DNA of 63,843 nt, filler included, from Octopus bimaculoides (GCF_001194135.2; 5 parts of 4 records of this genome joined end to end with filler, not necessarily neighbours in it); one strand, 5' to 3'. Counted from the first letter of the whole stretch, positions 13,078-27,149 are shown. Made by a program: numbers and translations. The notes: generated from the letters alone by a model not told the origin.

Positions 13078-14279
13078 TATTAAATGAATATGAGAAAGAC
13101 ATGAGATAAAGCACGGTTAAAAGAGGTGATACTGTATTTGCTTTGTACTGTTTTAAGTTTGGTTCCTGTAAAACTAGGATCTATTTTTAACTTTAAGCTA
13201 TATGGCATAATAAAAACGGAAATATATTTAAAATTCCGACTTTGGTATTTAACCCCGGTTGATATATATATGACATCAATATATGTTATGATACTTCAAA
13301 ATTCCATCTAAGAATATACATTATACGCTCACTATAGCAATTGTTGAACTGTTTCTAAGTTTAATCTCGGTCGGTTTCAAAGCAAAATTTAAGCAACGCC
13401 TCAATGACTCGGGTAATTTTGTGGACACCTATAAAAAATATAACATTTCGAAGACCGAAATAAAAAGCAAAATATACTTGATATCTAAATATTATTAGTA
13501 AACACTGATAAGTGTGACTAATTGATTGCTTCAGTGACCGATTAATAAAATATGAAACGTGTCGGTAAGCAAACGTTATATTTTTTTATGCTGTTTTGTC
13601 GTGTGTTTTATCAGTACGCTATTTATTTCATTCAAGCGTAAAATCATTAATATGTAAATAATGTCTCTCGATCCATAAATTTATAAATTTTCAATGACAG
13701 TTTTTTTTTGTTTTTTTTTTGTTCATTATTTTACATTTATTTGTTTCTTTTGGTTTGTTTTCCTTTTGCTCTTTGTTTGATGCCATCAGCAATAAATCCG
13801 GTAATTTTCTTCATTTTTTTTATGTGGCACAAACATTCACTTTAGAAACTTCAATAACTTGCAGCTATAATATTAAATTGATGCTTATTTGTGATTTTTT
13901 TTTAAATATGATATCCGATGATATCCAATGGTTTTCTCCAGGAGGAAGAAGTCGATAATTTAAGAATATACTACGATCATTTAACAGTAATATTATTAAA
14001 TTTTCTTACATCGTGCTCATAAAAACATGTTTTGGACTCAGAAATAATTTTTCACATTAAATTCTGTTTGGTTGATTTTATTCTGTTGAGAAATTAACAG
14101 CAGAATCATTGCAGCGTCGGGGGTAGAAAATGCATGGCGATATTATTTCAGTATTTCTTCAGCTTACTCTTTCATCACTTCTGGTTAGAAAAACTATGAT
14201 ACCAGTCAAGTATCGACTAAATCGAAACTATAAAGTGATTGACTTGCACTTTAACTAGAAATCATTTAAAGGCAGCGAA

Positions 14280-14560
14280 CTGGAGCAGTAAAGCATCGGA
14301 AAAAAACCTTACGAGATTTGTACTGGCTCTTTACGCCCAGATTTTAAATTGCAACGAGGTCATCTTTGCCTTCCATCCACTCGGAATCAAGTATTCGATT
14401 GTTGGCATCGATTAAGCCCTCTTCTCAAAACCTCTGATCTTAGCACTCCGGACAAAATGTTTAGCGGCATTTTTCGTCCGTCTATACGTTCTGAGTTCAG
14501 ATTCCGTCGAGGCCATCCTTTCTGGAGCGATAAAATAAGTACCAGCTGATCGGTGTGGTC
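14280..14560 (+). mobile_element. tRNA-derived SINE family A (diverged copy)
   Basis: Two overlapping heads with A-box ctggagcag/B-box gagttcagattcc; same family at 23210, 25445, 25670, 30870, 31095, 33208, 56680, 59300 and 59550. Confidence 0.75.
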
Positions 14561-14639
14561 CATGCAATCGGAATACTCCCTCCTTAAAATTACTGACTTT
14601 GCGCCCAAATTTGAAGTTAATATCATTATTATGAAAACT

Positions 14640-14930
14640 TTCTCTTTTACATTTTATGCGGGTTTCTACTGCACCATCAGCTGTATCTTTCTTTTCCTGA
14701 GATGTTTCCAGCCTCGTATTTTATGGTGATTGGGGAATTGTCGAATCCTTCTGTTACTACTCCAGTTTGTTTAGTTACGGGGTTCTTGTTTCATGTTATA
14801 TTAGTATATTGTCTGTTATGCATTGTGTTTGTGATGTGACAAGTTTTCTATAGTTTATGTTGCATTAATTGTGTTGTTCAAGATTATTTGGTGCTTCTAC
14901 AGAATTTGTATTGCGTGTGAAAATTTTCTA
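14640..14930 (-). mobile_element. R4/Dong-like LINE fragment
   Basis: Similar to the zinc-knuckle region of the 23830-25020 copy; abuts (ATT)n. Confidence 0.5.
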
Positions 14931-14949
14931 TCATTATTATTATTATTAT

Positions 14950-15500
14950 TGAGTGAGAGAGCAGTACATGCCATCAAAGTGGTACTGGAGTACAAATATA
15001 CGAAGCCCAATATACCCATCATGACTACCCGTCTGATAAGGGTACACCAGGCACATGCATCACAACCATACGTACATGACATGATGATCTCATATCAAGA
15101 TAAACAGCGTCTGACCTTGCAGGTGGGACCCAGTTAGAATTTTCTTCCGGTCGAGTAGCCCATCCCGCTCAAAAGATCCCTGAATAATGTTTTTTCTTAA
15201 GGATTTTGAACGAAACATATCGTCAGCCACTAAGGGACATGCTCAACTGGTTATGGTCAAACAACTGACAAACAAATTTGTGTTATTGAGTAGAATATTT
15301 GCTGTAGCCCATCTTTTACACAAAGACAAAACAATGTACATGATAACACTTCCAGTCTATTAAGTTCAGAAACCATGAGAGCCAGTGTCTGGTACTTCAT
15401 CAGAGCAATGCCCTCCCATTACTTCTGCTCGTGATCACAGACGGACATTTCTCAGCCACTAAGGGGCCTGCTCAACTGGTTAAGGTCAAACAAGCAACTG
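14950..15500 (-). mobile_element. Interspersed retroposon family D (AAT-tailed, LINE 3' UTR-like)
   Basis: gagtgagagagcagtacatgccatcaaag... recurs at 55867-56365 and 58160-59050, always next to a trinucleotide run ((ATT)n here and at 55867, (GAT)n at 58160). Confidence 0.75.
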
Positions 15501-15667
15501 ATTATTATTATCATTGTTGTTGTTGTTGTTCTTATTGTATTAAAACCAACAGCTTATCTTGCTAGGTATGATGGAAAGCGTCAGCTCTCCACAGCCAGAA
15601 GACTAAGGTGACACTTGTTTTACTGGTTATGCTTCAAGAACCATGCGAAGAATTCTTGCAGTTCCAA

Positions 15668-15749
<82 letters not shown>

Positions 15750-16476
15750 GATGATGTTGTTGTTCTTGTTGTTGCTGTTAGATACTACATGTGCATACAT
15801 GTCTATATCACTGTGGCACAAACCTATCAGTGTGGTTTATTCGATTTAATCGATCCCAGTACATTAGTTTTAATCACCAAAGCTACAACCATGTTTGAAC
15901 ACCACTTTATTTCGTTTTATCAATTTACCTATTAATAAAATTATGAGTTTGGATTAAGTCTCAGGAGTTGGATTAATTAAACAGAGAGTAATATTTTTGG
16001 CTATATCAGTAATGCTGATCACAATTTTTCTTTTAGTGAGAATTCTTTAAAAGCATTCATCTTTATCGTTTATTGAGCAGAAATTTAGACATGGGAATAA
16101 AATATTTGCAAGGATAATATAATCACTTTATTGGTTGGTAGGTTAATATGAAACATATTTCAAATTATATGATGAAATATTTAAGCTAATTACGATTAGC
16201 TATTAATTATTTATTTCATTCGACTACACGATCAGTTTCTATGGCTGTGTGGTAAGAAGCTTGCTTCCCAACCATACGCTTCGGAGTTCAGTCCCACTGC
16301 ATAGCACTTTGGTCGATCATCTTCTAATATAGCCCCGGGCCAATCATAGCCTTGTGAGTGTATTTGGTAGACGGAAACTGAAAAGAAAGAGAAATCAACA
16401 GCACAATATTTGAATTTCAAAAGGATTCTATGATCTGATCTTATTGTCCCCCAAAAAAGGTATGTTATCACACTTA

Positions 16477-17215
16477 TGAGTGCAATGCATCCTCAGCCTT
16501 GAATTGATTCAACAAGAGATGAAAGGAAACTTGAAGTCGTTACATGTTACAACAAAACAAAAGGAGAAGTAGATGCCATAGATAAGATGGTAAGGACATA
16601 TACTTGCAAAGGAATGACTCGAAAATGGCCTTTGGTTATATTCTACAACATGATTGATATAAGTGCAGTGAATGCTTTCATTGTTGCTAAACAACTTCAC
16701 TTGCAAAGTTTCAAGGATAAAAGAAGATGGTGCCTAATTCAGTTAGGAAAGGAACTTGCTGGAGTTAATGCTAAACAAGAACATGACAAACAATCTTCTA
16801 GTTCCGTTAACTTTTCTCTACCAAACTTTCTTCAACATCATTTGAGATTCCTCAACCAAAGAAAAAAGAGAATTTCTTTGTGTAGCCCCAGAAAAGACAG
16901 GAAAACTCGTACAACATGTAAGAGTTGAAATATCGATGTTTGCCAAGAACATTCCAATGTTGTCTGCATTCACTGCCATGAAGAGCTGTAATTCTGTATT
17001 TTTGTAATCTTTTAAATTTATGATATATTCTGTAAGCTGTATATTTTTATTAAATTTTTGAGAAACAGTAATTCTTCATTCACCTGGTAGCATATATAAT
17101 ATAACTAAGAAATAGTGGTAGTATGAATAAAATTTAATTAAAAGAAAATTATTGGGTCTATTGGACTCAGTTGGTAGTTAGTGACATACATTTTCTCTGA
17201 TAGACCAGATGTTAA
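16477..17215 (+). pseudogene. piggyBac-like (PGBD4-type) transposase 3' fragment
   Basis: YNKTKGEVDAIDKMVRTYTCKGMTRKWPLVIFYNMIDISAVNAF catalytic-end motif, C-terminal Cys-rich CSPRKDRKTRTTCKS*NIDVCQEHSNVVCIHC, and terminus ...ACCAGATG-TTAA (17212-17215). Confidence 0.9.
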
Positions 17216-18415
17216 AGGAGCTGCTCGAAACGGCCGTCATGAATTGACACTTATACATCTTTGTTACTAATTTATATTTTACTCACCTCCCTAAGAATCT
17301 GCACTTTGGAAGTATTCGGAAAGTATCTTTATATAAAGTCCATGTCTGAACAAGCAAGAGCGGATTTATGCATTGAGCTGTATCGTGTCATCTATGTTGG
17401 GTTTGATAATCACCTAATATTCTTTGAATGAACAAATAAGTTCGTCCTAGCAAGGTGCCCCAATTTAAGTACCTAATTCAACTGAATCTAAATTACATTA
17501 TATATATACATATGTGAATGTGAGTATGTTTGTCCCGCACCATCGTTTGACAACTGCTATGTTTAAAGTCATGTAATTTGGTGGTTCGACAAAAGAGACC
17601 GAAAGAATAAGTACAAGGCTTAAAATATAAATACTGAAATCGGTTCAATCGGATAAAAACTCTTCAAGGCGGTGCTCCGGCATGGTCACAGTCTAATGAC
17701 TAAAGCAAGTTAAAGAAAAATAAACAATATCGGTTTCACTCGCCGTAGATAAAGCTATAAAGCGATAAATAAAACCATTTAAACATTAGGTTTTTTAAAT
17801 CCTTGAAATAGAAAAACAAAAACGAAGCACGCCCATCAGACACAAACTCACATCGCTAAATAAATTATTTTCATCGAAGTTTTTACATTTTTATGACGTA
17901 AAAAATACGTGTGTGTCGAAACTTGTCATCGCATGATTTCAGTTGTTAGATCATCTGAACTATCTACTTAGAGGATCATAATATACAAGGCTAAATATTC
18001 CAAAGCCAAGTGTACCCTTAGCGTAACTTTCATCCATCTTGCCGCATTGTGGGATAGAACATGGGACTTGGTATTTATGAAACAAACATTTTAACCTGTC
18101 GGTTATACTGACTCTACTCATGCATATATCCCAGGTGTCACCTGACTGACGTCACCTCATATGTAAACAGCGCATGCTAATGGTGGGAAGTTTGTAACAC
18201 GCAACGCTATGCCGACTTAACCCAGTGAACCAACAAGATAGGTGTTACCTCCGACATTCAGAATTGCTCGTTAGCCAAGTGATCATCTGAAACAAGATCC
18301 ATGACGATAGAATGAACATATGACGTTCTTACAGACCCACGCTCATGATCTGCGGACTTTTCCAACAGATTATATGTCGTGATTCTGTCATTGTGCTTGA
18401 CTCCTTTGTGAATAT

Positions 18416-18448
<33 letters not shown>

Positions 18449-20369
18449 CAACCATGACGACGATGACGATGATGCACAAACGAATAATCTGTTTTCAGTA
18501 TTATCTCCAGCATCACAGACTTTTGGTTAAAAGGTTTAAAACAAATCTACTTTTCCAAAACTAAGCCAATAACGTTTTTCTAGAACTCACCCACATCACA
18601 TATTTTTATTGTTACAACTCAATCAAATGCGCGTGTATAAGTGTGTTTATGTGCGGTGTGTGCATATGTATGTGTGTACGCGCGGTGTGTGCGTGTGTAT
18701 ATATGTGTGCATGTGTAGTGTATATGTATGTATGTGTGTATTTGTATGTGGTGCATGTGCGTGTGTGTGACGTTTAACAACCAAATTCTTTATCCCCCTG
18801 TATTAGGGAACTTTTCAAACGTTTGTAATAAAATTTCTGCTAAAATTTTGTCAATAACTCTATTTTGTTTCACTCCTGTATTTACATTTAAATATTCTCT
18901 GGTTATATATTTTATTTTGCTCTGTAGAGTCGACCTTATCAACTCATTTTCCCACTAATTTCCACACTGAATCCTGTCATATTTTCGCCACCGACATAGT
19001 ACAGCGCAGTTCAAAGGAAGGCAAACAAGAGATGAAAGGTTGTTCATGACAAGGAAGTCTTTACGTTGGAATGCAATGAGTTCGTAAGTTATACACTAGC
19101 AAACAAAAATCGGAGTAACAATAAAAGAAAATATGACAGGGAAAGTTACGCATTGAAAAGAGACATCAGGAACAATGTTATTACGTAAACAGTGAACCAG
19201 AAGATACTACGTTCGACTTCAGGAAACGGTTAGGTGAATCAAATTAAACGAATTGGAAATAGAATGAATTTCTCGAGAAAAATAGTCAACTCTGAAAAGC
19301 AAGTAGTTCAACGTTGAAAACATTCTAATGAGATAAGGGATATGTTCTGGAGGTCAAAGCAAATGGACTAGATTTGGGCTTTGAATAACATATGCATCAA
19401 ATGACCTCTACTAGAGGAAGAGATTTAATCTTAAAATATAACTTCAAATTACAATTAAATTATTACCATAATTAAATAATGAGCCAGCAAATAATATTTT
19501 AAGTGTTTACTAGAAAATGCAACAGGGAGATTGTTATTTTATGTTTTTTTATTAGCTTTAATGCAAAAATCTGTAAGAAAAGTGAGAAGAATAAGTAATC
19601 CAAGATTGACGAAGAAGTCTGTAATGCAATGTAGGAAAGTGTATCGTGTGAAAGTGGAATAATCTCGAGAAAAGTGCTGTTATTATTTCTTTAATCATAA
19701 AAATCATGGAAGTTTATAACGAAAAAAAAAATTCGATCAATACAAAAATTACAAGAATACCTAAAGTAGCTGAATCAAAACGTCACCTGGAACGACGGTA
19801 AGTATGGCATCAGTTATTTTTTCTCTATTTTGTTTTCTAAAATTCTAATTTGACTATGTGGTTGTCTAATTTGACTAAGATGTGTTGCGTTGACCGTATG
19901 GACAACTTGAGGAATAATACAAGCATAAACGCTTAACAGGAAAAAACATTCTCAAAAATAATACTCGACCACATTCAAGTGACGTGAAAGTTGAAAGTAA
20001 TAACCAGAGATGTTTAATGCGGTTTTTCCTCCCCACTCTTCCTCCCCGACATTAAGTCCGTTTTCTCCAACAACATGATTACTCGTCGTATATATGCAGA
20101 ACTATACATCTTCACAGCTGAATGAATATATCAGGTTATCGTAAAAGTGCTCAGTTAAAAGAAATCGAAATAGAAATTAAAACCTAATGATACTTTGTCA
20201 ATCAAATAAAGGCACGAAAACTGTAAATCATTACGTGAAACAGAGAGAGAATTTGAGAAAACAAGGAAGCAGAACATGGTGAAACATTTTTCTGGGCATA
20301 AACGAGGCCAAGTCAAAGGTTATACGCACTCATTTTCCTGTAATTTTTAGAACAAAAGCATGGGTTGAA

Positions 20370-21365
20370 CAATTGCATTATTTTTTTTTAAATAGTCACA
20401 AGGCTTTTTTATGTATTTCTTCTAGAGGTCTAAAGGCTTGCTTATGCCATTGGAGAAAAAGTCTTTTGGCGAGTTGCTCAGCTTTCTACTCTTTTTCGTC
20501 CGTAGCTAATCGATAACCTTGTCAAGGATGTTTGATCGGTCCAAAGAGATGATGGTCGGAAGGGGCAAGATCTTTGACTGTATACATGATGTTCCAGCAA
20601 CTCGAAGCCCAGTTTTTCAATAGTTTCAATGGTGTGGACTGATGTATTTGTGTATTCCTTGTCGTACAGCAATAACACTGAATTTGACAATAGACCTCTG
20701 CGTTTGGGACAAATTGCTGGTTTTATTTTGATGGCTAGCACTTAACTGTAGCCTACGCTAACTGTAAACCCGTTTATTCCTGTATTGTTCCAGTATAACC
20801 CATTTTTCGTCTCAAAAAATGACCATCATTACTTGTTCTGTAGAAAAGTGAAACGTGAGTTTCCTTTTCGCTGGCGAATCCAGGGGTTTCCATCCCTTTT
20901 GGATTCAGGATCAAAGGGATGGATCCAGGTCTCATTCCTTGAAAACTACTCCCTCCAAAAAAGCTTCGCCTTTATCGTTGTAGCGGTCAAGTAAACTTGA
21001 ACAGATAACGCGATTGCGCTTATGCGCTTCGGTAAGCTCTTTTGGCATCCATTTCACACAGACTTTATGGAAGCGAATCTTCTCGTGGATGATCATGTAT
21101 GCAGAACCAAATCTAAATTGCAGAAAACATGTCACCTTATCGATGGTCACTCGTCGGCTCGCCAGAACCATCTTTCGAACTCGTTGAATCTTCACATCAG
21201 TGGTATATATTGACGGGTTACCTGCTCTTCCTTCGTGACTCACGCTCGTCCAAACATTCTCAAACTTTCCCATACACTCATATATACTTCTACATGGTAG
21301 AGCACTGTTCGTGTATGTTACTGACAGCCTACGTTAAATTTCAGTCCCTGACACACATTCAGACC
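20370..21365 (-). pseudogene. mariner transposase pseudogene
   Basis: HTH region, KWMPKELT (WVPxEL), KPAICPKRRGLLSNSVLLLYD (HDNA), EHHVYSQ (YSPDL), KDFFSNGI; multiple frameshifts. Confidence 0.9.
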
Positions 21366-21737
21366 TGAAAAATTAGATCACTGATCTCTTTCTTCCTTGG
21401 TGCACACTGCCTGCGGAGTGGCCATGCTTATTCTGTAACATTAGAAAAAGACTGGAGCGATGATAGTCAAATGTCGGTTATGTAAGCACAAACATACCAC
21501 CTTTCTGCATGCGAACGCTGGAGGCAGTGCAGTCAGCCTAAAGTAAGTTTTGGCGAAAGGGCGGATAATTCTTGACTTCCCATACAATTACGTTAACGTA
21601 AAAATTTTACGCGTTTCGAATATATTACAAATTATTATCTCAAGTTCGGCTTAATTTTTTTTTTCCTCAATAACAATACTAGAAGTTCGAAAGAGCAATT
21701 CTTAGTTTAAGTCTGTTGAAAAGTTTTTAGCATTTAC

Positions 21738-21774
<37 letters not shown>

Positions 21775-22289
21775 CACCATACTACATCCGTTTTGGTCGT
21801 AAAGTGGCTTCCATTTCTTTAACATTAAAATAGATATTTGGCATGTCAGACTTTTCTAGTCAGTTGAGAAATGTTCATTCTAAAGAACGTAAAAGCTTTG
21901 AATTGGTCTTATTTACTCACTTGAGCGGAATAATGAAAGGCGAATTCGGCTTCGGTTGCAATTGGACATGGATTTCAAACAGATGAAACAAAATACTAAT
22001 GCAATTAATTCAAGAATCTACCACTTCTGTGACAGACTCGTCGATTGGCATTAAATTTACTGTTAAGAATTTGGTTTTCGTACAAATTCGTATCAATCAT
22101 TCAACATATCCTCTCTTTAATTTAAAGTTACTTCATCCATTATATATAAATTGTAGATTGACAATCGATACACGGAAAAATTTCAACCCTCACCGTACTT
22201 TAAATAACTAAATTATGTTCAACAATACATATTTAGTCTTAATTAAATGATTTTTTTGTTTACTATTCCTTCATAGAAAATACGATTTT

Positions 22290-22890
22290 TCAATCGAACA
22301 AAATTATATCTGACCTATTTGGTTCTCATTCATCTTCAGTGCAGCCATAATCAAACGTTTTTTTCTTTTTATTTTGTCTGTAAAAATACTACTGAATATT
22401 TTCCGAGGAATTATTCGTATACATATTGTCAAGGCTATACCACTAAACGATTGAGTTATGGTATGGACTATTATGGATACGAAACACTTCTGATCATGGA
22501 CTGTTGGATGTTTTAATACCTATATTTTCAACGTTCATTGTATGCACCCTTTGTAACCAATAACAAAATGTCAAGGAGCTCTTCACGAAGGATTGTGGAA
22601 TCACCATCGTTAAACCAGACACTGCAGAGTGAGAGAGGAATACACAAACTGGCGGTCGTGTTATCTGATTAGCACAAAGGGACGTTTTTGAAAATATAAA
22701 CTCTAAATTAAAATACTTTCATTTAGCTTTTGTGTTTTATTATACAATTTTATTTACTCCGTCTAGTTAGTTATATTTTCCCATTAATTTTTAAACACGT
22801 TCCCTTATATATTGAATAATATCTTTCACCCGTCCATTTGTTTTTATATAAGCTGAATGCGCGACCCAATACGTCGTAAATCCTCCTTTT
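22290..22890 (+). mobile_element. Possible PLE 3' relic
   Basis: GIY-YIG-end-like WTIMD..C residues and a pLTR-like end ttttatatagctgaatgcgcgac...gtcg. Confidence 0.35.
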
Positions 22891-22988
22891 AACATTTACT
22901 ATGTTGTTTGCATGGCTGCTCTGTGCAAATATCTTTTGTTCCTAAAACAGAAATTTACGTCGTCGATATTATTATTATCATTATTATT

Positions 22989-23150
22989 CAGTAGTTTTAT
23001 GTTTATAGCGCGCTTTCACTTCACTACTGAGCGCAGCTCTGTGTGCCTTGGATATGTGCTGTGGTTTGCTGTCATGCTCTTATGGTTACTGTATTGAAAG
23101 TGTTTTGCGTAGGATGTGTGCAGTGCCCAGTAGTGCAATTTTCTGTATGT
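22989..23150 (-). mobile_element. R4/Dong-like LINE 3' end
   Basis: Encodes QKIALLGTAHILRKTLSIQ*, then the family tail into (TAA)n. Confidence 0.85.
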
Positions 23151-23152
23151 TA

Positions 23153-23202
<50 letters not shown>

Positions 23203-23829
23203 ATTATTAACAGCGGTGAGCTGGCAGAATCGTTAGCACGCCGGGCAAAATGCTTAGCGGTATTTCGTCTACCGCTACGTTCTGAGTTCAAATTCCGCCG
23301 AGGTCGACTTTGCCTTTCATCCTTCGGGGTCGATAAATTTAGTTCCAGTGAAACACTGGAGCTGATATAATTGATTCATTCCCTCCCCCAAAATTTCAGG
23401 CCAGTGTTCCCTGTTTCAATGGAGTATACATTCCCACCTGGAGAGGACGCCGGTTTATCACAGGATTACTAATTTATACCAGTTGAGTGGAGTGGAGCAA
23501 CGTGAAATGAAATGTTTTGCTCAAGAACACAACTCGTCGCCCGGTCCAGGAACCGAAACCACAATCTTACGATCACGAGTCCAACACACGAACCACTAAG
23601 CCACGCACCTCCATGCCTATAGTTGTTGTTGTCATCGTAAGCGGTTGTGGAGGTGGGCAGAAATTAATATAACAAAGACAAATTGACAGAATCAGAAGAG
23701 TGTCGAACAAAATGTCTTGTGCTATCAAGTCACGGCTTTTATGTTATAAGTTCGAATCATACATTTTTTAAAACTTTTATCCTTTCCAACTCGATAGAAT
23801 AGAATGCTAGTCCCCAACTGGCTCCGTTT

Positions 23830-25020
23830 TAATGGATTATCCCAACCTCCAATAATCTCAATCTTTGTACTATATCAGGAACATCTATAAACTTTACTAG
23901 CAGAAACACCGCCCTTTGGGATGTTTTTCTTCTTATTATTTTTATTATATAACTGTTCAACATTTTTGGTAGGTTGAGGTAAATTTCTACTGCATCACCA
24001 TCTACACCTTCGTGTTGCTGCGGTGTGTACAGCATTGTGTGTTCTTTTCTGCTGTTGTGAATGTGCAAACTCTTCCCAGTACTGTGTTGTGTTAGTTTTT
24101 CGAGGTGTGGTGCAGTCTTTTGTTGTGTTGCAGCTTGTATTGTCTGATGAGTGTGTAATGCATTGGTTATCTAACTTGTTGGTAGAAGTTTATTTCACTG
24201 GGTAATTGCTGTATAGAATGTCTTATATTTGTGGGTTATTTTGTTACTGGATTGATGTTATCTTGTGTAGGATGTGGTCTGTTCCTAGCAGGGCTATTTT
24301 TAGACAGTGTGTAGTGTTGAATATCCCGGTGTAGCCTCTACGTTTTTGTTCGTATCTTTTTTTTATCATACCCAGCGCTCCAATTATTATTGGTATTGTT
24401 TTTACCTTCATGCCCCACATCTTGAATACTTCAACTTCGAGGTCTTTGTACTTTGACAATTGCGCCACTTCTTTTTTGACAATATTTTGGTCAGAAGGGA
24501 GAGCAATGTCTATCAGTAAGCAAGCTTTTATCCCCAGTCCTTGATTGTTATGTTTGGGAGATTAGCATTTATTTATTGTTTGCGTCTGCTTTGGGTTGAT
24601 GACTCCGGTACGCCGTTAGTACTTTTCTATATAGGTTTCTCCATTCACGGATCTTCCGGTTTATTATGTTAAAGCTGTAATTTATGACTGGTTCGGCTAA
24701 GTATTTATCCCTATTATCTTATTATTAGCATTAAGTTCAGTGTTTAATATTAGTCTAACTCTTCTTTGATACCTTCTCCTAATTTTCTCTTTCCATTCTG
24801 TGTGTTGTATTTTAGTTGTCCCTTCTATTCCTAGTAATTGTATTAGCGGTTGTGGTATATCGCTGGAGATGTACTACGGTGTCAGCTGTTCACTACCAGT
24901 GAAGTAAGGATAACACCCCTTATTTTTCGAGCACCTTCCGGAGTATTCGAGCAGTTCCAAGCAGTTCCAAGCAGTAATGTTTTCTACAGGTGCTCACCGT
25001 TTTTGTAGCCCCTATTTCTT
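23830..25020 (-). mobile_element. R4/Dong-like LINE fragment (zinc knuckle + restriction-like endonuclease)
   Basis: LSKYKDLEVEVFKMWGMKVKTIPIIIGALGMIKK...KIALLGTDHIL: PD-(D/E)xK RLE C-terminus typical of the R4 clade. Confidence 0.85.
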
Positions 25021-25041
25021 CCATGTACTTCTCAAGATATA

Positions 25042-25096
<55 letters not shown>

Positions 25097-25098
<2 letters not shown>

Positions 25099-25440
25099 TA
25101 GTTTTATTTTTATAAGGTGCTTTCACTTCACTACCGAGCGCAGCTCTGTGTGCCTTGGGTATGTGCTGTGGTTTGCTGTGATGCTCTTATTTTTACTGTA
25201 TTGAAAGTGTTTTACGTAGGATGTGTGCGGTGCCTAGTAGTGCTATTTTTTGTATGCTATATATACTTGTCAGTCCCGGTGTTTTTGTATTGTATTTGTG
25301 TGGATATTTTTTTATCATACCTAATGCGCCTACTATGATAGGAATTGTTTCTGTTTTTAGACTCCACATTCGAGTTACCTCTATTTCCAGATCTGTGTAT
25401 TTTGAAAGTTTCTCCGTACAGTTTAGAGAAACATTGTCAT
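25097..25440 (-). mobile_element. R4/Dong-like LINE 3' fragment
   Basis: EKLSKYTDLEIEVTRMWSLKTETIPIIVGALGMIKK...QKIALLGTAHILRKTLSIQ*; tail joins (TAA)n at 25021-25096. Confidence 0.9.
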
Positions 25441-25880
25441 CTGGTGGCGAGCTGACAGAATCTTTAGCATGCTGGAAGAAACGCTTAGCAGTATTTCGTC
25501 CGTCGCTACATTTCGAGTTCAAATTCTGCCGAGGTCAGTTTCACCTATGATCATTTTGGGGTCGATAAATTAAGTACCAGTTGTATACTGAGGTCGATCT
25601 AATCGACTGGCTCCCTCCCCACCAAATTTCAGGCCTTGAGCCTATAGTAGAAAGGATTATTATTATTTAAGGCGACGAGCTGGCAGAATCGTTAGCACGC
25701 TGGACGGAATGCTTAGCGATGTTTCGCCCGTCGGTACGTTCTGAGTTCAAATTCCGCCGAAGTCTCCTTTACTTTTCAGCCTTTCGGGGTCGATAGAATA
25801 AGTACCAGTTGAACACTGGGGTCGATGCAATCAACTCACCCCTCCGCCAAAACTGCAACCCCCGAGGCAAAATTTGAAAC

Positions 25881-25914
<34 letters not shown>

Positions 25915-26753
25915 ATTATTATTCTAACGATTGTGGAATTCATTGAATAGCCAGATAAAATTCCAGTCTTTAAGATGTGTCCTTTGTTCCGATTTCTGGC
26001 ACTGCCGATGCTGCATTGCCTCAAATCACTAAACTATCTCAAAGAGTTTCAGCTTCAATATCTTATACATTACTATTGTATTCAGTGAATATACTTACAA
26101 CAAAAGCAACGCACAATATCGTATATATTTAATGTCACGGAGAGTCAGTGCTTCTAAAATATGGCGCAATGACTTACTCATGTATATCTGCTATTTTACA
26201 TTTTTTTTTATTCTTATCATTATTACTCAGCATTTATTTTTAGTTGGACAACGTATACATGTATATATGCATATATGTATGTGTACGTACGTATGTATGT
26301 ATGTATGTATGTATGCATGTATGTATGTATGTATGTATGTATTATGTAGGTATGTATGTATGTATGTATGTAGGTAGGTAGGTACGCATATATATGTAAT
26401 ATACGTGTTTGTGTATGAACGTCTACGTATTAATATACGTATATACATAGGTGCGTGTGTGTGTGTGTGTCTGTGTGTGTGTCTGTGTGTGTCTGTGTGT
26501 GTCTGTGTGTGTGAAGGTGCGTAGCTTGGTGATTAAGACATTGCACTCATGATTCTTAGACCATACGTTCGATTCCCAGACCGGGCGTTGCGTTGTGTTA
26601 TTGAGCAAACAATTCATTTCACGTTGCACCAGTCCACTCAGCTGTGAATGGGTCACCATGTGACAGACTAGCATTCCGATCAAGGGGATGTGTGTATGTA
26701 TGTGTGGGTATGTGCTGTACGTATGTATGCATATATGCATATATCCCTATATA

Positions 26754-26825
<72 letters not shown>

Positions 26826-27149
26826 AATTTATATTCATGTATATATACACATATATGCATATACATACATGAATATATGTATGTGTGGTATGATGTGTGT
26901 CTTTCTGTTTGTGTATGTGTGCGGCCGTGTGTGTATAAAATTATTTGTAGAATTAATGTGAATCAAGGCATTTTAATAATAAGGGCACCAAGTTAGGGCC
27001 GGGGTCAGTATATCCGTGCAGACACCATTTACTGACCTCCTGCATGTGTCCATGTGAATACGGACATTTCCATGTGAATACGGACATTTCCAAACACTTA
27101 CATACGCTTTAACATGAACACATCAATATACACATACGTATAGACATTG

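Noticed and set aside
13530-13570. Hammerhead-like GAAACGTGTC with a weak upstream core
   Set aside because: Core (ccgattaa) and helices too degenerate to call.
17890-17930. GTCGAAACTTGTC hammerhead-like 3' half
   Set aside because: No CUGANGA box or helix I partner.
22850-22885. CTGAATG-CGAC/GTCG-TAAA motif
   Set aside because: Both conserved boxes are broken; at best a relic.
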